64,000 nt of DNA from Catajapyx aquilonaris (taxonomy: Eukaryota). The notes beneath the pieces were generated by a model, which made no database searches, was not told the origin of the DNA, and was given only the letters and a program-made list of their open reading frames with translations. Positions 1-64,000 of this stretch are shown in pieces. Numbering within the stretch: position 1 is the stretch's first letter; every line of letters starts with the position of its first letter. The DNA lies in the NCBI GenBank assembly GCA_000934665.2, contig JYFJ02001203.1, forward strand, positions 1-64,000. Direction: 5' to 3'. The position numbers were made by a program, and so were the translations under genes.

Positions 1-561
1 TCCGACCAAGAGCTCTTGGTCCGACGTAAAATTTTTTCCTTAACATGTCCACCACTGGGACACTCACCTTTTTTTAACCATTTACCATTCTTACCATTTT
101 CTTACAATTTTTACCATTCTTTGCCAGACTCGCAATAATCACTCAACACAGCGATGCTCATCGCACAGGGAATCGCTAACGTGTAAACGCGGCATTAAAA
201 TCATATCTGTCCTTTTTTGCAACAATTTGCAACAAATGCTGGTTGCGCACGTCGTCATGAACAAAAAAAAAATTAGCCCCACATGAGCTCTAGAACTTCC
301 AGCTTCGTCCGCGCAACCGTCAGAGCCAATGCGTCCAAAAAGTAAACAGTGACGTAGGTACTGCCACGTCACATCCGGGGCCCCTCTTTTCTCCCCCTTC
401 CGGATCGGCGGTAACGGAACATCAGCATATCCCGAACATAGATTTTGTTTTGTTTTGTTGACTCCAACAATGAGTCGTGTCACGCAAGTATCTAGGGTAA
501 ACAACATAGTGTAATCGACGAGTTGTTATCCAAAAACGCTCCAAATTTTACCACCGACACC

Positions 562-1030
562 ATGGACCTGAATTCTGAGACAGAAGGTGTGTTGTACACT
601 TGTACTTAGAGGAGGACCACCTCCAAAGTTTCCCACTCAAATGTGTCTGACTCACCCCTTTTCCCCTCGTGCAGTATCCGTACTCATGTCATGTGAGACC
701 CCTAGGCCCAAGCGTCGTGTCACGTCCCTGCGGCTCCTGGCTTTAGACGCCTTCCTGAAGAGTGATGAGGATGAGTTCGACGAACTCGACAAGGAGACGA
801 AGGCAAGAGCGGCCGAGATTGAGATTCTGAAACAGGAGGTGAGACTCCACTTGTTAGAGAGTGCAGTGCGCAATTACTGACAATCTATTGCATTGGTGCT
901 TTAGGTGACTGAGCTTGAGAACCTTGTGATTCGGAGGCTAGAGTGTCAGGTGAAGCTCACGAAGAGGTTGGAAAGGATAAGCAAACGGGTCGATGCATTT
1001 CCTCTCCCTGGCGAGTTTCCCGGCTATTAA
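562..1030 (+). CDS. Small 3-exon gene, 104-aa hypothetical protein with BC-box-like motif and predicted coiled coil
   Basis: Exons 562-586, 675-838, 905-1030 join in frame across GT-AG introns, each with a CTGAC branch-like motif. Start context ACCATGG; AATAAA at 1117-1122. Product MDLNSETEVSVLMSCETPRPKRRVTSLRLLALDAFLKSDEDEFDELDKETKARAAEIEILKQEVTELENLVIRRLECQVKLTKRLERISKRVDAFPLPGEFPGY. Confidence 0.65.
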
Positions 1031-1973
1031 ATACAAGTAGCCTACAAAAAAAATGTACGAAGACAACCCTGTAGCTTGGAGACAGTGACGCTAATTTAAG
1101 TTTAAAATTGTCGTGCAATAAAAATTAAATATATCCAGATGTAGCCTATACTGACTATTGTGAACACAGTGGGATGTAAAGTATTACCATTAAAATTTTA
1201 TGATTGTCCACAATTTATGAACATACCATTATTATTATTATTATATTAAGTTATATATTTTATTATTGTACTGTATATTTTGTAACCCCCCTTCCTCCCA
1301 GGAATAAGAAAAACCAATTGAAAGATATTTTTGGACAAACCAAATCAGACAGGTTCATAGGAATATATTAGCACAGTATAAAGCATCAAGTGTACTAAAC
1401 TGGATTAAGAAGTAACGTCATACGTGATGAGCAGTAGTCTACCTGTAGTTTTTCAGTGAATCTATTTACACATTCACAACAGGCCGTAATAATAGTGTTT
1501 AAAAAAGACCTTGCGGCGCTCTATTATTATAAGAGAAAACGGTAGGTTCCCTTATTGTAACTAAGGAAAATCTCGTTGTTTTTTCGATGCCAATTGGGAG
1601 TACACGGTTGGCACGTTCATTTACCACGCAATGTAATGCAATAGTGTGACCTTGTCTATAATAAAACCAGGAATTCCCATGCCAACCTTTTTTTTACGTG
1701 CTCAGTTTCCGTCACTGGTGCAAAAGCCGCATACAATTGCGCAAGTAAATTATGCAACAGGTGTCTGGGTAATTGGTTGGCCATTTTTATTCATCTTCCC
1801 GGGAAAACAGGTCAGTTCCGTCACTCTTCCCTTTGCAGCAGATGTGACAATCACACGCCACACAACGCACGACAGTCGTGGTGTGCGCAACGTATGTGGT
1901 GAAGGTGTTCTAAATTTTTTTGAACTTTCCGCTCACATTGAACAGGAGTGAGAGGTGGCAACGTTGTCTCAAG

Positions 1974-39065
<37,092 letters not shown>

Positions 39066-39304
39066 GTAATTATTCTACAGTCTGGTGGCCCTTTTTTTCC
39101 AGAGCTGCGTTATGCTTTAGAAAAATTTCAAATGAAAAATAACTGTCAGTATTTGAGGCTGTTCGAGTATTTTTTTGATAACTCAAATCAGACACTGTAT
39201 CACTCTGCAAGATTACTTAGATTTAGAAATTAATTGCTGACTTTGTATGACAGACTCTAACATGTATGAAGTTGAAAGCAACGTTCCTTTTTCACATGGT
39301 GCTA

Positions 39305-39707
39305 CAGCTAAGCATCGATTTTCCGAATACCGATCAACCGAAGCATTGGTTAACCAAAAGCTTTCGAGTCGGCAAATTCAAATTTGCGCACGAGATTTAG
39401 CTGCAAAAAACCGAGTCTCAGCTCTGAAACAAAAGAAAACACATTTATTGGACTTCTTTTCCTAAACTGTAAGCCTACTTTAATGTATGTAGTGTACTGT
39501 ATACTACTTTATGTAAGATATACGTATATTTAAGACGAGACTGGGGTACAAAATATACAGTTTTGTGTTTAATATCACTCTTTCTTAGTTTCATATTGCT
39601 CCTATCACACCAGTACAATTTTTTTCCGTAAATGCTCGGTTATCCTAAAAATCAGTTATCCGAACACCCCCAGTCCCCCATTGTTTCGGATAATCGATGC
39701 TCCACTG
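39305..39707. mobile_element. Tigger/pogo-like MITE just downstream of the gene A stop codon
   Basis: Right TIR TTCGGATAATCGATGCTCCACTG-TA; interior matches 20807-21508 in reverse orientation. Confidence 0.78.
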
Positions 39708-41709
39708 TATATCGAAAAAGAGTTTTCTGTTTCATTGTTTTTATTGTTTGTTTGTTAGCTTTATTTACATCTCGTCGGCCTTTAGCACATGCTGCTTGGT
39801 CGACCCTCCTCCTTCTGTACACGTTTACCTTTTCGTCCTTCTAGTCTTCTACATCACACTTGCCCCATACAAAATTCCATTTTCACTCGCCCCCTCCCCC
39901 TGTTTCTCCAAAACTGTATCTTTATGGATACGTCCATACATGTAGGGCCTACTGTACACTAAGATAAAAACGTAGTCTACCATTTCACGCTGAATAGCAA
40001 ATGCCGCTGCCTAAATATTCCACGGATATTAATATTGTAAGGGACTTTACATTCATTACTTAATGATAATGTTTTCCAAAGGTATAGGCTCTATATTTTG
40101 TCTCTCTAATTTGGTTATTTTCTGTTTCATTTAAGACCGCATTTGCACTTAGAAGTATGTTTCACATGAGAAATACAGGAAGTTGTACGGAAGATGTATT
40201 GTAGCTTGGATGAGAAATCTAAGACAGCCTGTGTGCATCCTCGTAAGACCCATGTATTTCAGAGAAGCTATGACATTCTGCCAAGAACAAATGCTGACGA
40301 AAGGCTTGTCCAGATTTGTAGCTCCTCTGACATTACCAGAATGGTGACAACTGAGTTACTGACCATTGCTCAGTACAAAATTTTGCACAACTGTGGCGAA
40401 ATGGTTTATTCACAGCTGAGAGCTAAAACATTTACTCTGCAGTATATTGAGGATGAGTATCAAGTGCAGAATCTTGTGCAGCATTGTGGCTGGAATATAG
40501 GCTTTTATTTTAGTCCACCTGGTTGACAGGGTAGCATCTGGAACAGCCTTATGAGGAAAGGCATACTTTCTCAGGAAACATTCACTACCGGTACTGTTGC
40601 TCTGATTGAAATCTTGTACTTGTTAATGTTTTCCTCTTTTTGCCGAATAAATTTCTTGATTTTGGGAAGCACCCAGTCAGCTTTGAAACTATTGTCCAAA
40701 TCATTGATACTAGCAATTTAAGGAGTTTTTCTCTCCCCTCTACCCAGATTTGGGATTCTAATTAGTAATTACTACTGCCTATACTTATTTCTTGCATGAC
40801 ACTGATTGTTCTGCCCTAGCACACCACTTTCTGACCCTCTTTGCCTCAGGGTGCTACACAACATGGTCCATGACAGGTGGCCATTTTTCTCCCGGAACTG
40901 CTTATTTTTAAGCAGCATTTGGAAGTTATTTTAGAGATTATCAAAAATAATAGCTGGTAATAGGTTATGTGTACCCATTTAATGCCTTCAGAGGGCTCGA
41001 GCCTGCAAAAATGGGTTATGAGAGTAAAATTTGATGCTAATTGTTCCAATGGGCCAGAGTAATTGGAAATGTCTTGCTATTCAGAGCTTAGATTATTCAT
41101 TTAGCCCTATCATTAGTAGGTAATGGTATTGATACCAGTCACTGGCATGAGTAACTGTTCCAAAGTAACACATGTGGATGACATGCCAGATTCTGTCTTT
41201 GTTCACCAGAGTAGATGTTGGAACATTTCATCTGATCCAGAAGAGACATGTTCTTACTGCCAGTGGAATCAGTGTAGGTGGGGAGGTGGTACCATAATCT
41301 GATTTCTGACATTATAAGAAGGGGGAGATACAGGTTACATGTGGCACATGATGACAGATCTGTTACTACCACTGATAAAGAGTTCAAAGAACCATCATTT
41401 TATAGACACTTGAAATAAATTATACTTATACTGTACTGCTATGACCTAACTTTCTTGACTCAGCATGTGCTGTGACCTAATTATTCTGCACGCTGTGGAA
41501 TATTTTGAAACCCTTGTAGTTAATAAGGCACACGTATGGGCAGGACCATTGACATTTTTAGTGTCCTCATGGTCCCTTCTTGACCCTTTCTGGTGGGAAC
41601 CTCCCTGGGGCTCCAGATGCCATATGAGGAGCACAGGATGCCTCTCTGCAAATAAAACTGCCAGAAATTCAAGATGACCAGTTATGGTTTGGGTAAATAA
41701 TGTTTACTA

Positions 41710-42362
41710 CGAGGGCGAAACAAAAAGTAATTCACACGTTTTAAAATTCCAAAGCTTCACTACAGAAACTGATTTTAACTGACTCTAATTTTACATAGTC
41801 ACTTTGGTGCACTTGTCCCACTGAGACACTAGCTTTTCCATGCCACTGCATAAGTGTGAGACTGGCTGGAAAGTCAGTTGTAGTGGAAGGCCTCTTTCAC
41901 TTCCTCAATGTTGCTAAGGTTTTGACAGGCCAGTGCTTCAATTTTGGTCTGAAGTTCTGGTAGACCATGGTTAGGACCATCATTTCCTACCAATGAAGAA
42001 GCAAGCACCTGGCCTGTCAGCACTTCAGCGACAATGAGGAAGTGAAAACCACTGGCTTCCCATCTGGCCTAACACTTTTTTCTGTAGTGGCATGGAAAAA
42101 CTCGTGTCCCAGTGGGACGAATGCACCAAAATGTAAGGTGACTACATCTAAAATTAGTGAAAGACTTGCCCTTTCATACGTACTATATCGCTCAAAAACA
42201 TAGAGACGATTTTGCATTTGATTCAAGTGCAGGCTGCACTTGAGTCAAATGCAAAATCGTCTCTATGTTTTTGAGCGTTATAGTACGTATTTGCCAGTTT
42301 CAGTTTCTGTAGTGACGCTTCAAAATTTCAAAAGTTGTGAATTACTTTTTTATTTGCCCTTG
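41710..42362. mobile_element. Old mariner derivative made of two inverted 3' ends
   Basis: TA-CGAGGGC...GCCCTTG-TA; relic KHLACQHFSDNEEVKT...GMEKLVSQWDECT..GDY on + with its mirror on -. Confidence 0.75.
42176..42290. mobile_element. 115-bp near-perfect hairpin MITE
   Basis: ATACGTACTATATCGCTCAAAAAC...GTGCAG-G-CTGCAC...GTTTTTGAGCGTTATAGTACGTAT. Confidence 0.8.
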
Positions 42363-44928
42363 TATGGGCGTTTAATCAAAATATTTACTGATGAGCTTAT
42401 CACTTATATCACCCAAAGTAGTTATTTTTGTGTAGCTTATTGTGCCCCAATCCAGGTCTCAGTACTATCAGGTGGTCGAATGTAGCAGTGAGTGGCTATA
42501 GGATAGGGCACCTGAATCGGGGCACAACAACAACAAAAAAAAAGAAAAGAAGGGGGAAAAAAAAACAATAACTAAAAATACCCACAAACTTGGAACACCC
42601 TGTATAGCAGCTGGCATGTTTGACCACACCTGGGAAAATTGGGCACTTTCATCCTAGGGCAACGTCCTACACTAAAATAACGGCTTCAGGTGAATTTTCA
42701 ATAACCAACAGGACCTGAATACTTGGAACACAATGTAGATTACAGTATTCCCCCATATCAGCTTGCATGAGTATAGGTTCAAGCCCCCACTGATATGTGA
42801 AAAACCACAGATAATACCAAACCCTATATAATGTAAGTTAATCTTTTTTATCATACATGCCTAGAGTACAGTTTAATTGAAGGGTTCTCTGCAATAACCA
42901 GGTAAATAAAAATTATTTGTTTTGATAAAAACACACTTGAAAATTTGACTTCGTGAAAATTCTACTAAAATAGTAGGTAGTGCTGCTACATGAGTCTTAC
43001 CCAAGAAGATACCCAAGAAGATAAAGTCCCATCAAATACACGTGAAACATGTTACCTAGCACACTTTGTTTTTAAGAAATAAATATATACTTAAAAATTT
43101 CATTTACGTAGTTCTTGCAGAGATCCCTATTGGAGGTGCACCCGGCTTGATATCCTGGAGACTAATAAGAATACAACAATGAAACCTACACCACTGACAG
43201 GTTATGAATATGGGATTACTGCAAAAATGTTCTGAAATTTCAAGTCTATTAGACTAACTTGTGTTAAGGGGCACGAACTTTGACCTGCCAACATGACACG
43301 TAATTTTAATAGGATCTTTTTTTTGCTGTTATCATCGGATTATGTGTACCATTTAGAATAATTGAAAGCCACCTTTTTCATGTATGAGGGATGCACAGTT
43401 TCTGAAATAATTGGGTTATTGTAAGCATCAAAATGGAAGAGTCCCCATTTTTGACCTCGTCCTTACTTGTGACCTATAGACACTAGCAAGTTTTTAAAAT
43501 ATGTTGCTTGGACCTTGACAAAATTCGACCATATAAGTTCCAATTCGGTTATCTAGAAACATGTTAAGTGAACTTATGGATTTTTGTTGTATTATCTCCC
43601 ATGGACTGGCCCGCTTGCAGCTTCATGGCGCCCCATACCTACAATGCCCAAGATACACGTTAAAGGCTTGTGTGATTGGCCTTTTTACCACATAAACGAG
43701 CCACATAAGCCTTATTATTATCCTTACTTAAACAGCGTACAGTACAGTAGTTCATTTAAAACCTCTGAACAGCTCACTTTTACAGCACCTATAAACATTC
43801 TTTTATTATTATCCGTGTTTTCCTATGTAATCCAGTGACACCCGCGCATTAATTAGCCTGGATAATCAGGAGTAAAGTGTACAATGTAGTACATGATGAA
43901 GCGTTTAATTTCATATTTTTATTAAAATTACATTTGTGAAATAATATTTTAGAATATGGTGCATTGGCTAAGTTTACAACATGCAATGGAGAGGGGTGGA
44001 ATTATGAATTGTTTATGCCACATCAGCCAGTGTAAAAAGTAGCAGCAATCATGAAAAGAGAGTTGGTATCTGTTTTTAGTTCCATGAAGTGTCTTCCAAT
44101 GAACTGGCTGATGGAGTGAACAATCCATAACTACTTCCCCTACCCCTGTCTGGAACTTTAGACCTGGGCCAGTGTACCACCTACTGAAATGTTATGACAG
44201 TGTGCAATACCATAGCATACAGGCCATGAAGAGCACAGAGGCACTCTTGAGGGGTTTATTTGTACTCGCTTGTCAAGGTTAAAGCTGGAGTAGACTCTAG
44301 ATAATGTTACCACATGTGGTGAAATAATATTATAAGAAGATTGACGTGCTGTATTTAGGTCAACATACCTGCTTCATAAAGTTACATCTCTGCACTGTTT
44401 AGATTATGAACTGAATAAATTCTTTACTTTTACAATGATCCTGTACCAATTTTGATGTGACATCGCATGTTAGTCATAGTTTTTGTTGAGTAACTTACAT
44501 AATACCAGTAGTACTCGTTAACATTTTGCAATCTTATCAATAGTTTGTAAGTCCTGGGTTTGCAATGAGAAAGATTGATACAGAGCTATTATTTACTGCA
44601 CACAGAGGAAGTAATCACAATCTCGGCATGCACTGATAATCCCTATGGTGATACAGATTACCACTGGATTGACTGGAAAATCACTCTTGAGTTAGGGGTG
44701 TGGGTGATGGACACTTCTCTACTTTCTTAATGGAAAGTAGTGCCAGATGAAAATTTAGTGCATTTGCAGAGGTGTTCAATCCAGTTGTGTCGCATGTTAT
44801 GTAAAGGTATGAGTCATTGACATGCAATTATGCCGCATATATGGTGAGGATAACTTACTGAGGTGGACTTGTTATCATATGTACATTTTCTGTATTTTCA
44901 GTGTCATCTGCTGCGAATTTCAAGTATT

Positions 44929-60537
<15,609 letters not shown>

Positions 60538-60744
60538 CAACGCAGCAGTAAACTTATGTCAAGTTCTGTTTGCATAAGAAAACCTCGTGGCAGTGTGGGA
60601 GGTTACAAAATATCTAATAACAAAACAAGTAACAATGTGGACATTCATGAAACTTTACTGGGAATCTTTTACATTCCACTTGTTCTATGTTACAATAGTC
60701 ATTATTGCTGCATAGATTTAATTTTCTTTACACTGTAAATACCA

Positions 60745-60750
60745 AATAAA
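60745..60750 (+). terminator. Candidate polyadenylation signal of ABCC gene B
   Basis: First AATAAA, ~210 nt after the stop, followed by T-rich sequence. Confidence 0.55.
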
Positions 60751-61329
60751 ATATGTTCACACTTGAAGCATGTTTATTTCCCTCATACGAGCAACTTTTT
60801 CATCCTCTAGCTTTACAGCAGAACCCACAATGTGTCCTAAAGTTTAAAGAAAAACTACATGTAGGAAGTGACAACCAAGGACAACATTCACTTGTTGGGA
60901 TACTTTCTTCTCTTTAAACTGCTTGCTGGGGTGAACAATTCCTAACTTCTTCCCTTGAACTGGGGTATTTGGCATAGCCTTAATAAACACAGTAGGCATT
61001 TCCTAATGCATCATGCCATCTGCTATGATATGGAGGCAGCCTATATGACATTCCATTAAGATTTTATATAACCTCTATAAGCAAATGGAGCATAACATTT
61101 CTTGCAATGATTAATAATACTTGTAGATAGTCTGGCGGATTTTATGACCGCATTAAATAAAGCATTGGATTTTTGAAATTTTATTGTAAATATTTTTGCA
61201 TGACATTTTCTTAGCCAAAAGTTATAGTTTTCATGAGTAATTGTGAAATGTTCCATCTTTCTGTTTCTTCTGGACTTTTAATTTTGTGCGGAGAGGATAG
61301 GGGAGCTGGCCTCGGTCTTCGTATGAAAC

Positions 61330-64000
61330 TCACACAGACTTTCTGCGTCCGTTCCCATGGAACTCAGAGGACACACGACGCTGGGACTTCGAGGATTCAC
61401 GCCGCTCGGGATCTGAGGACTTGCCACTGTCTGACTTTGTGAACTCGCGACGGTCTGGCTGTGAGGACTCAAGACGTTCTGGCTTCCTAATATTCTCTTC
61501 TTTGGGAAGATTAGCAGTGCCTTTTTGCTGAAATAATTATGCAAACCAAGATTAATGAGTTGAATTAAATATGGTGTCACTTTCGAGATGGGGGGGTCAA
61601 AAATGGCTACTCGTCATACCCTCATTGTCTTATACAGTATAGACTACTTCCGAGCTCAACAAGATGAAAGGGATCACTGAAAATTATTAATATTGTCGTT
61701 AGAACCAATAACAAACTTTTATGGCACTTCTGGGGCAAAAAAATGTATGTGGGGTCCTGTGCTATACGGGACCTACGTCCAATATTTTACAATTTATTTT
61801 TGTCAGAAAGTGAGCATGTCCGTGAAGTGCATATGCTGGGATATGCATTGTGAGCTTGCATTTCTGATTTAAAATGTATACAAAAATTAATGATCATTAA
61901 TGTGGAAGGAAAGAGGAAACCCCCAGGAATTCTGATCAAAATATATCCGACATGGAATCGAACTTGGGACCTCACAATAATGATGTGGTCAGAGTGGTCG
62001 TAATAAGGTTTTATATTTATACACACTTTTCTCTGACATGTAGACCTACCTGTGGTAGCCGTGGTGCTTCATCTGAGTCGCTGCTACTCTCCGAACCATC
62101 GGATCTACTTTTCATGACATACACACGGTGACCTTTCCCGTCATCGTCGGCATATTCCTTTAGGATCTTATCTACATTTCTTTCTTTCCGAACCATTTCG
62201 GACAGAATCGACAAATTCTCCCCTTTCCTACGCAGCTTCGTAATCGTCTCCTCGTCTTTTTCCATCACCTTACGGGCAATATTCCTTAACTTTGCATCAA
62301 CTGCCTCCTGATGCTCGGGCGATGTGTCTTCCTTGGTCTTCTTCACAAAAACCGTGACTTTCTTTTTTATAACCTCCTGGATGTTTACATAAGCCGGTCC
62401 GCCAGTGTATCGTCCTGTCAGGTTCACCGGTGTTACCCTCACTTTAGATTCTTCGTGAATATCCACCATAATAGTTTCTTCCTGCTTCTTTTTCTTCGGA
62501 CGTCGTGCTACGGGGCAAGTATCCTGCCGACACGGTTCCTGTGTTGGATTTTGCTTAAAGTCTGTGTAGTAACTCGATGAGTGACCCTTTTCGCGACTTC
62601 CCTTCCAGCTGTTCGACAACTCGTCACAGGAGAATTCTGGGACATGGAGATCATTCTCGAGATCAAAGTCGTTCGCGGGTGGCGAATGAATTTGTTTGTG
62701 TTTCGACGAATGACCTGGTTTGCGTGGATCCCGTCGATGCGATTCCTTAGTGTTATTTTCCATGGTGCCTGTGTTGTAGCTCGAAGAATGGCCCTTGTCG
62801 CGACTTCCCTTCCTGCCTTTTGACACGTCATTGGAGGAAGCTTGCAGGGCACGGGGGTCATTCTGGGGTGAATGATTTGTTGGTCGGCGGGGATTCTCGT
62901 TTTTCGTCGACCATAGCCGCATTTGCTCAAGGATATATGCCACTAGACCCATGTATACGTCGATCTTCTGCCGTACCTTTCAATTGACAAGTTAGTAATG
63001 TTACCATTGAAAAAAAAGTTTCGGACAAACGTTTCATGCTGCTGTTCAATCATGATCACTATGAAGTATCATTTTTTTCATGTAAAAATGACAACCCAAC
63101 TATCGCAATTACTAATTACTACAGTATTTCTCGTTACAATGACAGTGAGGATGTCATATGAAACTTTTTTAAATATTTAGTCTATATATGAAAAACCTAT
63201 GCCTAATCTTCTTCGCACGTCTGCCGCATCGAAAAATGTCGCTAGCAGTACGACGCGATTAATGTCCAACACTGTAGTCCTACACGTCATATTTCACTAA
63301 CATAACGTTTGCATATTTGACTACATGAATTAATTAGTCAAATGTGTACCTAGAGAAAAGGATCAACCATATATCGACCAACACTAACAATAACAGTTAT
63401 TTTGCTTAATAATGCCACATTTGACTCCGTGGATGTATAGTTAAATGCATGACTGCAGAAAAGGGGTCAAATATGCTGACCAAAACAAACATATCCGTTT
63501 AAAATATTATATTTGGTCCGAGAAAATAAAACCACATAATTGGTCATATTTGAATACAATTTGTGGTCATTTTTGACGCTATTTTTTAAAGACTGTAACT
63601 AACAGGATATCCTTATTATCATTAATTTATGCAGGTTCGTTTCTAATATTTAATATCCGCTGCATGGTCGTATGATGGTATCGCCCATCCAACTATTACA
63701 ATATAAGTATTTTGGATTCGAAAAAGACCAAGAAATCGCCCTACCTGAACTCAGCAATGTGGGGAACTTACGAAACCCCGTTGAAGATGGTCATCGGCCG
63801 TGTGGCGCTCAATTATGATCTTCCTGCGACCCAGCGTATGATCTTGCTGTATATGTGACACTCCCACCTCTCTTTTACCAACTTTTACTGAATAAAATTT
63901 GCAGATTTTCAAGCAAACTTGTAAAAACCAATAATGTACGAAGAATGTCTCTCACGAGAACTTGTTGATTCTCAGTTACTAGGTGGCTCCATTCTTGTTG
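61330..64000 (-). CDS. Unidentified protein, 5'-partial; short ordered N-terminal part followed by a long S/R/K/E-rich low-complexity region
   Basis: Proposed phase-0 exons (-): 64000-63956, 63846-63772, 62976-62050, 61527-61330 (TGA), donors GTGAGA, GTAAGT, GTAGGT. Reads QQEWSHLVTENQQVL/QDHTLGRRKIIIERHTADDHLQRGF/VRQKIDVYMGLVAY...RLPQ/QKGTAN...RRKSV*. AATAAA on - at 61180-61185. The 62976 acceptor is weak. Confidence 0.65.

Noticed and set aside
4..21. 18-bp perfect palindrome GACCAAGAGCTCTTGGTC
   Set aside because: At the window edge; context insufficient to interpret
40194..40526. 110-aa intergenic ORF
   Set aside because: No motif, no splice context, no supporting composition

Overview
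Eukaryotic, AT-rich, most likely arthropod genomic DNA (taxon is inference). The window is dominated by two tandem, intact, + strand 'long' ABCC (MRP1-like) transporter genes that I spliced by hand: gene A 1974-39065 (30 exons, 1527 aa) and gene B 44929-60537 (24 exons, 1553 aa). They are flanked by a small 3-exon gene missed by the ORF track (562-1030, 104 aa) and by the 3' part of an unidentified - strand gene (61330 to beyond 64000). The introns are packed with often nested mobile elements: tRNA-headed SINEs of five families, two 5'-truncated LINEs, a decayed Tc1, and many palindromic/foldback non-autonomous DNA elements. The main observations are: (1) a 416-nt GC-rich NBD2 tract that is about 97% identical between the otherwise diverged paralogs; (2) six precise intron presence/absence differences between them; (3) three independent transposon derivatives built from two inverted 3' ends; (4) four SINE families sharing one covarying 3' hairpin; (5) the cryptic micro-gene with a BC-box-like motif. 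All coordinates and identities were read by eye. Superfamily assignments rest on TIR/TSD rules, not database searches.
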